Assembly (NCBI GenBank): GCA_046563655.1
Contig: CM102290.1
Span: 7,068,001-7,132,000 of the forward strand
Direction of reading: 5' to 3'
DNA length: 64,000 nucleotides
Origin: Yuukianura sp. NJ FZ-2021
Lineage: Eukaryota
The number at the start of each line of letters is the position of its first letter. The stretch's first letter is position 1. The notes beneath the pieces are model-generated. The model saw only the letters and a list, made by a program, of their open reading frames with translations, did not search any database and was not told the origin of the DNA. Made by a program: the position numbers and the translations under genes. Shown one piece after another: positions 12,001 through 22,565 of the stretch.

Positions 12001-15000
12001 AATTACCGGGAATTTGCTCATATCTGTAATTTTAAGAGATATTGATATATTCGTAAGAAACGTGTGAAACTTTTGAAAATCATTACCGTATAAGAATTTT
12101 TTCGATTGGTTTGTAGAACACCACACAACACGGCATGTCAGACCAAGTTCGCTTATAATTTCGTGATGGGTTGGTGAGAAGTGAACTTCCGCTCGGAACT
12201 CGCCATTTTGGAGGTTCATTTAACCTTTGTGGAAAAGTTAGGCTGGCGATCTTCTGGCAGAGTTCTGAAATATCGCGATGTCTCACGTCTCCCGGAGTTC
12301 CCACCAAGAAGGCAAGACGAAGAATAACACAAGGTGGCTTAGTAGTCACTCGTATAATGCAAAACGAGTATGGCGGTTTATCCTTTTCTCTGAAAGAAAT
12401 CAGAATCCGAATTGTAAACGTAATCGATGGCATGGAGCGAATACGATATCTAGATATGTATGTTATATTCATTGTTAATTACTTGAACATCAATTTGACG
12501 TAAGAGTGGTTTTCCACTAAAGCAAATGAGCTCCAGTCCATCAGCAGTTTATTTAGACCCATCATTGTCTGGCGACACTGAATAACGTGGTACCTTCCGC
12601 TAGGATTTGGTTGATGAATATACCTAAAGAGAATCGTAGAAAACTAGGATTTTAGGGTAACTCTCCAGCTAAATACTAATTTGCAACTGTAGTAAACCTA
12701 ACTAATTCAACTTACTTTGGAATTGGATGATCATGCTCTAAAATAACCCCGATACGATGTGTATGCATCCATTTCTGCCAAATATCAGTCTCCAGCAAGC
12801 ACACGGGTTTCCAGAATTGTGCAAAGTGCGGGAAAGCTGTCTCACTGTGTAAAAAACGTTAATTATAACTTAGACGATACTATTATACAGAATACTTCCA
12901 TAAATGGTCAAGTACCTTGACTGGAATGATAAAGTGGTCGAATTTGCTGAAATCTGGAATAGGGGAACTCCATTTTTCAATCTCTCCGGAATGTTGTAGT
13001 AATGAGAATTAGAGCAAAAAGAGTTAAGATGTGCCAGTAGTTTGTCAGATTCAGACAGATGCTTCTGCGATGCCCAAAACTTGTTTACGAGGAGTTGTCG
13101 ATAGTAAGACTGGAAAGGCTTCTTTGCTAAGCAGGTAACGTCATGGAGAAAGTCATAGGGAGCTTCGAGTGATACAATAGAAGTTACTTTGGGCTGGGAT
13201 ACTGGCTGTGGCCACGGCGTGATGAGCATGTATTCGATTACGATGAGGAATTTCCAAGGTAAAACCAGTTTAATTTGTAGCATGTCGTCCTTTCCTATTC
13301 GAGCTTCCTAAACTCAAAAATAGGTAAGTCAGATCGCTGCTACATGTAATGGAAAAACTCAACCCATAAACCCATAATAATTAAATGGGTAAACTAACTA
13401 AATATTAACTAGTAATCATCACCTTAATAGTAAAGCCTTCGCGAAGGCGGCATGAAAGAACTTTGAGGTAGTCAACGCTCATGGTCGTTTCATACTGTTG
13501 CTTCTTCATTACGGGCATGTCACGTATAATGGAAAAGCATTTGTTCCTGCATCAAGTAAAACAAAATTAAATGGATTCCAATAAGTATATATTAGTGCCT
13601 CATTATTGAAAATTAATTCTTTGCTTACTGAACGGACCATTCACCAGGTTTATTACCAACAGGCGCCGATAAGCTATTCTTAAAACTTTCGACAGAATTC
13701 TGAAAGCTCCATGTAAGGAAAGACTTGTGATAAATGTTCATTGCCTGTGAATCGGCTTCCTGAAACGCATAAAAAGAAAGTTCGAATAACTACATTATGA
13801 AATTGATGCGGTAACGTCTATTTACATTATGCAGACGTTCCCAGCGATACTTACAATTCTTGGAAGGTTTGAGAGAAAAGCACCAAACGTTGCTGTTGAT
13901 ATGAATCGCATTAAGTCTGAGTATGGCAATGCCCCATGCGAGGCATGCGGATGAAATGGACTAGAGAGTTGGATAAATGAGCAGGAGACCGTATTGTAAC
14001 GTAGTTGCGACAAAATCATGTCCAAGTATCCACCATCCGGAACACTAATAACTCCATCCGTCAGCACCACCAATCCTATCATGTCAACATACGATCAGTA
14101 TAAACAACGGCACTAGTAAACCGTAAAACTAAAACGGATGATTAGTAAGTACAGCTATTTTAGTCGTAAAGACATCTAAAACTCAGAATACTTTGAATTA
14201 AATTATAGTTGTAGAATTCACACTCACCGGAGGTAGAATTTTCTGGTAGTAAGTGTAGAGCAATCAGAGCGTGACGTAACAAATCAACTAAAGCGAACTC
14301 TGGACCCATTGCTATCGAAGATGAATAAGGAATACTCTCGTCCGACTTTGGCGATACCTTCGGAGAAGGCACTGGAGGCTAAAGAAGAGTAAGCACTTAT
14401 TGCTAGTCCTCACATTATCATTCATTGATTCATTCAGTATGATTAATTCGTTTTGAGCTGTTTTAACCTTTGGGTATTTGGCATAAGCTTCATTGGCTAA
14501 CGCAGTGAGTTTAGCCACTCTATTTTCAACCTCTTCAATCTTCCGAAAAATTATGCGGAGAATGTGCTTGCAAGTTGATGAATCCAGGAGTACACCTTGC
14601 ACAACAGCCTATCAATTGAAATGTAATAAGAGTACAACAAATGTACATACGTTTTGGCTGTGATTTCTTACCTCATCAATAAACGTTGACAAGAATGGAG
14701 CGTGGGCAATCACAGTTACATAAACCTTTGGTTGGAACTTGAAGTAACTTCCTGGTACATAAAACTAAAACAACGCCATAAATTATTTGCATCGAAAGCC
14801 AATATTTTTCCAGACAGTATTTACTATTACAATTATGCTTACTGGTTTGACTAATCCCTCCATGCTACTCTGTAACGCACCAAACATGGCATCAGTTGTA
14901 ACCATTCCTGTCTGGACGTCCTACAAATAGATTAATAGTTTTTAGTTTTAACATTATCAATTATTTTTGGTAAAAAAACAAACTTTAATTTAAACACTCA

Positions 15001-15693
15001 CAATCGTGCCGGTGGAAGGACTAAAATCCAAGCAGTATACAAAGCGATACTTTCTGGACAATATCTCAACGTTGGTATCAGAACACACAAGGTAACTAAA
15101 TAAGGAATATTAGAAAATGTAACTCAAATAAACTGCGATGGCATTTGCAAAAAAAAATTGCAATGTACAAAGTTGCACATATTTAGGACGAAACACCGTC
15201 TACAATCCACCTAAGTACACTGCAATCTTCTACTTCAACTAATCATTGACCCAATATAAGCCAAAATGAAAACGTACCGAAACAAGTGACTAGCCTCAAT
15301 ACTCCAAGTGTGAGGAGTATCCTTCGGAATTATCGAGACGATTTCAAGCTCATCCGAGTATTCATCCTGGATACAAACAAAAATGTAATAAATCAGTCGT
15401 AATGCGAAATATTATCCCTACTAGTACCATACTACTACCCTCACAGAAACACAGTAACACATCACTGTAACTGTATCCCTACTACTTTGTAATGCAACGG
15501 AGTGAATACAACTCACCAATTTATACTTCTGTGTAACTGAAACCACTGCGTTTAGATGCGTAAAAAACCACTCCGCTCGTCTATTACGTGATATACGATG
15601 TTCCTTGCCCATCAAGAGGTAGACGTGCGAAGCTCTAAGAACTGCGCCTGAAACGGCACCATCTCCCGCAACTTGTGAGTCTCTGTTATCCAT
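1..15693 (-). CDS. SZT2: KICSTOR complex scaffold SZT2 (multi-exon; 3' part continues beyond the left edge of the window)
   Basis: The N-terminal exon MDNRD...[25 protein letters not shown] (ATG at 15693) resembles the SZT2 N-terminus. Further exons fit in order: [14 protein letters not shown]...[14 protein letters not shown]...[24 protein letters not shown]...[68 protein letters not shown]. Many GT-AG introns, plus one intron of about 3.6 kb (about 7498-11094). Span includes introns. Confidence 0.93.
2670..3025 (+). mobile_element. Possible short non-autonomous Helitron-like repeat in an SZT2 intron
   Basis: The intron is longer than its neighbours. It contains AAATCGTCCCAATAGTTTGTGAGAT, two copies of GCGATGACAGACA (about 2940 and 2982) and a terminal mini-hairpin GTAGCTTTCACTAC, a layout I associate with short arthropod Helitron-type repeats. 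No TSD seen; boundaries approximate. Confidence 0.3.
8214..8278 (-). ncRNA. mir-1175: microRNA mir-1175 precursor
   Basis: The minus strand reads AAGTGGAGGAGTAGTCTTGTCACT-TTGATATAAAAATGCAAG-TGAGATTCAACTTCTCCAACTTA. The 3p arm (8236-8215) matches the recalled miR-1175-3p UGAGAUUCAACUCCUCCAACUU with one difference. The arms pair into a hairpin, and it lies next to mir-750 as in the known cluster. Confidence 0.92.
8394..8513 (-). ncRNA. mir-750: microRNA mir-750 precursor (long loop)
   Basis: Minus strand 8416-8394 = CCAGATCTAACTCTTCCAGCTCA, identical to the recalled mature miR-750-3p. The complementary 5p arm AGTTGGAAGTGAAGATCTCGGCA is at 8513-8491, and flanking CAGTCTG / CAAGGCTG extend the basal stem. 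Confidence 0.95.
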
Positions 15694-16989
15694 TTGAATG
15701 AACGTTCACGTTATGCTGCCGTTTGTGAATAGGCTGTTCGTTCTAACCTGCAATATCAAAGAAGCATTCTATGAATCTTATCACGAGATAAAGTTGGAGA
15801 CAGGAACAGAGTTCTCCTGATTTATCTTTACCGTCTAATTCCCCGGATTTCGACATTTATCGTCAAATCGTCAGTTTAGCTTGAAGTTGTCTGTAAAAGC
15901 GTTACCATTCTCAGCTGCCATGTCAGTGCCAATTTTATGCAGATTTCACCACCATAAGCGATCAAATATTTTATTCAAATTATAAAACAAACGTGATTAC
16001 TACACCAATATCGCTTACAAGCACGACGAAGACTCGATCAATTAGTAGATTGATAGACTCTCAGCTGTCGCTTTGTTGTGATTTATTTCACCACTTGTTT
16101 TTTGTCGTCCTTCCGCAATAAAATAAAACCTGTAGAGCACAACAAAAAAAAAATTGCACGCGCTTACTAATATAATATCTACACATAACAGCTGTTTACG
16201 GAATTTCCCGCACTGGACAGACATGGGCGGGATTGACTAATTTTTCTTAGGTATTTTAACTGACTTCCTAAACGCCAAATTTTAATTGAACGTAGTAATT
16301 TTCATTAAACAATACATGACATTTGAATCTGAATTGACAATATTTGGAATTAAGGACGGGTAACAGGCAACGTTTGTTTACGATTTGGTGTCAGCCATTG
16401 CCGTTAGTAACAAAGCAAAATCACTGCTCAAACGTACGAAAGTCGGCACTTTTTTTGAATGGTTGACGAATCAAAGTTTTCAAAGTACAACATTTCAAAT
16501 AATCTGGATCTCAACAATCACAGTGTTCCCATGGAGACGGCTAATTTAAGTGCCGACTTTTGCAAATTTGTAAATTACTGCAGAATTTCATCTACTTTTT
16601 CTAATTAGATTTTTATTATAAGACCTAAAAAAGGTGTCTAAAAATCCGGAAGACCATGGCGCTTAAGTCGCCTTGACCAAATTCCCGAATTTTGGTATCA
16701 TTCGACGCGTAGAAAAAATTGAACTTTGTATTCAATTTTTAGTATCACTTCACAACAAAAATTCAAGTTTGGTTCACTGCTCTGTATTCTACAGATAATT
16801 ACGAATTTTTAGAGCCCTTGTAGACATTTCTACGTTATCCCTGTGACTTCTAATTAGGCGTCAAAGTTAATTAATTTGAGGCGAAACGAGACCCACCGTT
16901 GCCATGTGTGATTCCTTCTTAAGTAAAAATTTTATCAACATGACGATGTTAACATTTGAACTGCTGACTCAGAGTTGTGCTAATCAATG

Positions 16990-17135
16990 TAGTAATGCAT
17001 GGTGACACCTTTCCATATTTTCCACTCAAACATATGACAGGAATTCCCGCGAATGGATTCAAACTCTCTCTCCCACCTTTGACGCACATTAGTTCATTCA
17101 AGGTGCGCGGATACGATTCAAAAGTGCACCGCACT
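16990..17135 (-). pseudogene. Possible PIF1-family (Helitron RepHel-type) helicase fragment
   Basis: Translation across one frameshift gives GALLNRI/RTLNELMCVKGGRESLNPFAGIPVICLSG. This resembles the PIF1 segment between the Walker B motif and motif III (..L..I..RL.....PFGGI.VIL.GD). Short and degenerate. Confidence 0.35.
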
Positions 17136-17345
17136 GGAATTTAGGTTCAAAATTAGGTTGATTATTTGAAATATTTGTAGAAAACAACAAACGAATAGAA
17201 ACAAATCCAAAATATTTGAAATATTTTTCTGCTATAAGAAGTTTTCTGTTATTTTTGAGAATTGTAAAATAAATTTTGACTCAAACAGAAAAAGTGGTTA
17301 AATGCTCGTCCTTCATTCTAAATGTTTAGTCTAAAACTTGCAGTC

Positions 17346-18052
17346 ATGGGAGACTTTTGCGTTACTCTCCAGAGTGATTCATCCTCAAATCATTACCCAG
17401 AAAACAAAATTACAAATTTCAGAAATCATTTTGCAGAACCAATTCGATTAGAGGGTGTAAAATACGCGGTGGCGTTTGTAGAGTGTACATATGTTCATCA
17501 CGAGTATATGCTTCACAAAGAAGGATAGGTTCGACAAGTTTACAGCGGGTCATTCTTTCATTTGCTCAGCAGTTCCTCAGAAGACGCTGCATTGGTTTGG
17601 ACAGCAGACGATCTTGCAAACTGTGTGCCGGATAATACCGTACAAATTGAAATTAAAAACTCGAAAGCCAGATTTGTCAAGAGAGCTGCTAAATCTTTTG
17701 TAAGGTTTAACGGACAGGCTACTAAAATTCTTGGACACGATGAAGGAAAACACAGTTTCGAGGATGAAGTTTTGAGATGAGTGCCCATACACAACGTTTT
17801 ATCTACTGCAGTATAATTGAAAACCAACGTGTTGGCGGTGACCTTGCTTCACTGCTGAGAAAAATTTCAAATACGGGTGACCACAAAAAGCTCGTGACGC
17901 GATTGTTTCAGCATTTGCACTACGTAAACGTTGTATTTTACGACATTGACCATATAAGGATGTACATCATGACTGAATCTGGTGATCCGCCAGCATTTAC
18001 CTTTTTAGGAACCTTTTCTGCAACTCTGCACTTTCGGCGCAAGCGATACTGA
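17346..18052 (+). pseudogene. Polinton/adintovirus minor capsid protein (penton, PX) pseudogene
   Basis: The N-terminus MGDFCVTLQSDSSSNHYPENKITNFRNHFAEPIRLEGVKYAVAFVECTY fits the recalled F.(I/V)TL.S.SS...YP.N....F...L..PI.L.G..EV.L.E..Y motif. The C-terminus FIYCSIIENQRVGGDLASLLR...LHYVNV...IDHIRMYIMTESGDP..F..GTFSATLHFRRK fits IYC.(I/L).E.Q.VG....PLLR...HY..V.....I.I.I....G..I.F..G....TLHFR. In-frame TAG at 17526-17528 and a frameshift near 17775-17800. Confidence 0.85.
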
Positions 18053-18057
18053 GAGGG

Positions 18058-18064
18058 TATAAAA
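18058..18064 (+). promoter_or_regulatory. TATA box of the downstream Polinton gene
   Basis: GGGTATAAAACC lies just after the penton stop, about 30 nt upstream of a TCATT initiator-like motif and about 60 nt upstream of the ATG at 18119. Confidence 0.5.
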
Positions 18065-18118
18065 CCAGCTCTCTCAAAAAATTGCAATCATTAACTCTTC
18101 AAACGTCAATCCAGCAAC

Positions 18119-18290
18119 ATGTACAAGTGCAACGTGAGTGAGGAAGATTTTTTTCAGAATTTACATTCCCCAGCGAGGAGGGGCTGTTATGTCAAACGGA
18201 GCCGTATTCTTCAAAGCCAATCAGTTTCGTCAGCGTGGCCATGGAATTGGTGGATTCTTTGGCTCAATTTTTCGAAAAGTTTTGCTATAC
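18119..18290 (+). pseudogene. Polinton/adintovirus core-protein-like ORF (QRGHGIGG motif), frameshifted and truncated
   Basis: Removing one base from the T run at about 18148-18154 joins the two ORF-track frames into MYKCNVSEEDFFRIYIPQRGGAVMSNGAVFFKANQFRQRGHGIGGFFGSIFRKVL. The Q.GG...QRGHGIG.F.G..FR motif followed by an amphipathic helix is typical of the small ORF that follows the penton in these elements. Similarity ends abruptly at about 18290. Confidence 0.75.
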
Positions 18291-18419
18291 GTGGCCTTGA
18301 AAAAATGTTCGGGTGACCTTGAAAGAATTGCCGTGACCTTGACATTTAAAGTTGGGTAATCTCGTAAAGTTTACTTAAAGAATTTCAATTTTCAAGATTC
18401 AAAACATTTTGCAATTTCA

Positions 18420-18535
18420 GGAAAAATTCTCTTTTTTTTAAATTGATTTTTTTTCAAAAATTGATTTTTTTTAGAAAAATCAAATTTTTTTTTCAAAAAT
18501 TGATTTTTTTAAATGATTTTTTTTTCATAAATTTC
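18420..18535. repeat. Low-complexity A/T tandem repeat (AAAAATTGATTTTTTTT-like units)
   Basis: Several imperfect copies of AAATTGATTTTTTTT(T)CAAA. Confidence 0.6.
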
Positions 18536-20341
18536 AATTGTTGTGGTTTGAAGGAGCAGGAGGCACGTGACTCGGGGGTCACGTGGACAGGGGGAGGGAT
18601 ATAGGCGGATGGGATATATAGGGGAAGAGGGTATGGGGATGCAGAAGGGGAAAATGATGACGTCATCAAAAAACGTTTTTTGTAGATGCAATTGCTGATA
18701 AGGATGGCGGCCATTTTGAAAACCCTCGCGTTCCCTTACCATTTCCATTAGCTGTCGTTTTCTCATATTTTAAAATGATGTGTGTGTGTTGCATCACTTT
18801 AGTCAAGGTTTTGGGTTGTTGTAGGTCTGAAGCATAGAGGCAGAAAAAGAATTAGTCGCGCTAACGCTTGACTTTTGTGGCGATGGTAAAGTTATTCAAG
18901 AACAGCTTCGATACGATGCCAAGGACGTCACCACGATTCCAAGAAGTGATTACGTTAAGAAGTGGGCAATTCTGCGCATCAAGGGACCGAAGATCTCCAA
19001 ATCGCTTCATAACGTCCACTGCATCGCTGTATGCTTCAACGGAACTGAGGCCGCCATATACGAACCGCTGCAGAAGCCAGAACACACAATTGTGAAGCCT
19101 TCAAGGAAACGTCACCCGTTTCCTTTGGGTATATTTTTAAAACATCTTCACAATCCTAGTTATAAGGTAATTAGTGGCGAGCAAGACAATAAGCAATTGG
19201 ATTGTGTATACAGAACATGCGAATTTGTTCTGTCGAAATGTCATGCTTAATTAATATTATATTAATACTATTAATATATTTAATATTTTATTTATTTAAC
19301 TCGTTATTTTAATTTGCTTCACTATATTTATATATTTTATTATTTGAGTTTTCTTAACCTTGACTTATTATTTGAGTTTTTTAAACTTTGACTTATTTAT
19401 TTATTATTTTTTCAATTTTATTAACTTTATTTTTGCATAAACGTTAAAAATTATTTTGCTTTGTTTTGTTTGTTGGCGGCTTTAGATTGTTTTTACTAAA
19501 CATTTGTTTCAGTATCATGGGGGAAGGGAGGGGGATTTTTTCTGTGAGCTAAACTGAGAATATTTTAGGTTTTCCCCATCCCTAATATTGCGCCCGACTA
19601 CCCCCGCGCTGAGCTAAAAATAAGTGAGGTAAACTCACCCCCTTCCCTTCTACTCCAGAATTCTTCGATGTTTCGTTAATTTTTCAATTGTTTTTCCAAA
19701 AGTAATGTTTTCAATGAATTTTGTTGGAATCACAATGTTAATGTTTATTATAATCACGTGAATACAAGGAACGAGAAACTTCGGTTTACGTCAACCAATT
19801 TAAACGTGCCTGCCACACCTTCTCGGGTGCGCTGTATATTAACTTTATTTTCAATAGTCCTCATTGGGCGCCCATGGAGCTTATTGCGCGCTTGCTTCGC
19901 ACCTTTGTTTGCTGAATAAAAAAAAACAGTCACTGGTCAGTCCGATACCGCTAATCCCGAAAAATTTTCAGTGAAAATCAGAACAGTAAGTTGTTACGGT
20001 TACGATCAAAATCAATCATCAATCGTCACTTCGTCTTTATTCATTGTCAATGTCACTTCCGTGCTCGTCTCAGGAAAATTGACTGATCTGATCTCTAGGA
20101 ATCTCAAATCCTGAGGTAATAATATGGATTACTCGCTCGGTTTCCACAACATCATTTACTTTCTCAAGTTCTAAACAAAGAAAAACAGCGAGGTTGTATT
20201 TCCGAAAGGAAATGAAATGAAAACGAACCAACGCGTAAACCTTTGCAAATTGTAGTAATTTAAGAACTCGTAAACAATAATTGATTCTAAAGTTTATAGG
20301 CATTTTGATCATATTCTTCTTTCTTAACTTGCAGGGACAAA

Positions 20342-21771
20342 ATGAATCCTTCTTCAATGTGCCGGACAGTCATGAAGTTGACCAAGTTAAGCTCCAATCT
20401 CTTCCCAGCAGCACTCCATGCTCCTTCTCTGCATCTCAAACTTGGCCGTGGACTTTCTACGACTTTGGTAAAAAAGACTGATGGCGATAAGACGAAATCG
20501 CCCGGAACTGGAACTGGGTCAGGGGGAGATCAAGGGAGTGTTGACCAGGACGGGTACAGCTTGGTAGATGAGAAATCTCAACAAAAACTAGAGAAATTCA
20601 AGCAGGTCATTGAGAAGAATACATACTACGACAAATACAAAGCAAAGATTATTGAGACCCAAAAGTAAGACGTTTTGTCGTAATTTACTATGGGTAATGC
20701 ATCGGATAGGATCTAACATTTTCACTTCCAATTATCAGAGCTTCCCCAAAATCCTTCATGGGTATTATTGAGCACCTTGTTTCTGCTGGCAAGAAAGCGA
20801 CTGGGTATGAATCAAGAAAAATGCACGTCCCTATGAAAAGCGTAAGAATAACTGATTTATATATGTAATGATATATATATATATATATATGTAATGTAAT
20901 GTATGTAATATTACGCTTCTGTTTCTTTTTACTTTATTACAGACATTGAACGAAGTCATGAAATTGGAAATGCTCCTCAAAGTGGACAGAGAAGACATTA
21001 TTTTTGTATGATTCAAATTAATAGTATTTTTGGTGACCTAATCTGGAAAATGATTCCAAGTGAAAATAATTCCATATTGCTTTCCGATAGATTTGGCAGG
21101 AGTATCACCATGGTTTGAACATGCTGGCAGCCACAATGAACGGCCAAGTCTACGATCGAATTTGTACCCGGGGCAAATCATACTCCACTGTGAGTTCATC
21201 AATAAATAATATATTACATTACATACGTGTAGGAGTAAGTTACGTTTAGTAGGTTCAGACATAATCTCCGATCGATCTTAACTGGAGTTTTTGAACTGTT
21301 TCCAGTTTGCCCTACCTCTTCCAAAGAAGGATGGACACCAAATGTTTTTGGTTCAATACTTCAACGGTTCCTTCTACTTCACTCCTCTGATCCAGTACCA
21401 AATGCACAAGGAGAATGCTCCTGTCTGCTTGTCGCTTATTCACTACACTGAGCTACGTGAAAACAAAGACCTGGTCCTCATGCGCGGTGAATGGGATAAA
21501 GATACGATTGTAAGTGGATGCTACTAGTTGATTGATACTGCTTGGATGGAAATACTGATTTGAAGTTTTTCTAATTATTCTGTAGAGTCTTGCAGAGGCT
21601 CAATTCCTTGCCGTTCAACTGAATCTGTACTACGGTGAAGCCGATACTCAACGTCTCGACATCCTCAAAGTATTTAACGAGAACTCTCCATTGTTTGAGC
21701 ATATGGCTGTCATTGAAGAGTTACGTCGCATGCGTACGGACTATCCGCATCTTTTCCCTGAACTCAATTAA
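20342..21771 (+). CDS. ATPAF1: ATP synthase mitochondrial F1 complex assembly factor 1 (ATP11 family), 6 coding exons
   Basis: Basic N-terminal targeting-like peptide, then NTYYDKYKAKI, TLNEVMKLEML, IWQEYH, FALPLPKKDGHQMFLVQ...FYFTPLIQYQMHKENAPVCLSLIHYTEL...LVLMRGE and EAQFLAVQLNLYYG...FEHMAVIEEL. TAA at 21769-21771; introns join in frame. Confidence 0.93.
20871..20890. repeat. (AT)n microsatellite in an ATPAF1 intron
   Basis: ATATATATATATATATATAT. Confidence 0.9.
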
Positions 21772-22565
21772 GAAGAAACCAATCAACCCAAAGAAGCAAG
21801 CCAGAAGATTCTCACATTACTTACGTAAGCAGTTCAAAATTCTAGTGGAATTTATAGTCAAAGAAATTATTGAGTTAAAGAACTCTTCGTCACAGTAAAA
21901 TTAAACGTCTCAACACGGGACAACATGCAAGATTATATTAAAATATTGGAGTAATTTCACAATCACAACGATCTCAACAGTGCCTACTAAAGTATAGATT
22001 CGAATACGGTTCGGTTTAAGAGTGATGCGCAAAAGTTACGCCAGAAAGCTTTACCATTCTTTAAACCTATTCTGAAATAAATTTTTGGAAATAATGTTTT
22101 TTAATATTTCATTTTTTTAAAATATGCATCGAAGTATAACATTTTTCTGACTCGCCTTTTTAGTTATTATTCTAATCGTCCTTTCCATATTTTAATTTTA
22201 GACTTGGCTAAACTTGATTCATATTAGTAATTTAACGTTTCTATACAATAAATACTTGCCTATTGTGAATGATACAAACATTCAACATAGTATTTCCTTT
22301 CTTGACCCACATCGTGAACCACTTAAGTTAAAAATTGCAACTTTCCATACCCTTCCATCCTTTTTCCAAAAATTTTGAAATTTGACTAAACCGAAAAATT
22401 CAACGATCAACCAGTATCATTGCCCCGTCTGTCCTCTACAAATGCATAACCTAACATAACCTAATGCATTACATACAGTTTTTAACGTCAATATCTCTTT
22501 TCCTCGGTAATTGAACAGTGACTGCCTAACTTATCACAATTTCAATTTAAAATAAGTTATACTAC

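Larger units (their letters stand above)
17290..18780 (+). mobile_element. Degenerate Polinton/Maverick (adintovirus-like) endogenous viral element fragment
   Basis: Two adjacent, intronless, same-strand pseudogenes typical of the Polinton structural module, a TATAAAA between them, then non-coding DNA rich in GTGACCTTGA, CACGTG, TGACGTCA and ATGGCGGCCATTTTG motifs. No polB, integrase, major capsid gene or clear TIR/TSD found; boundaries approximate. Confidence 0.8.

Noticed and set aside
18861..19160. Overlapping 74/75-aa ORFs downstream of the Polinton remnant
   Set aside because: GC-richer and possibly part of the element, but no recognisable motif in any frame, so no product can be supported.
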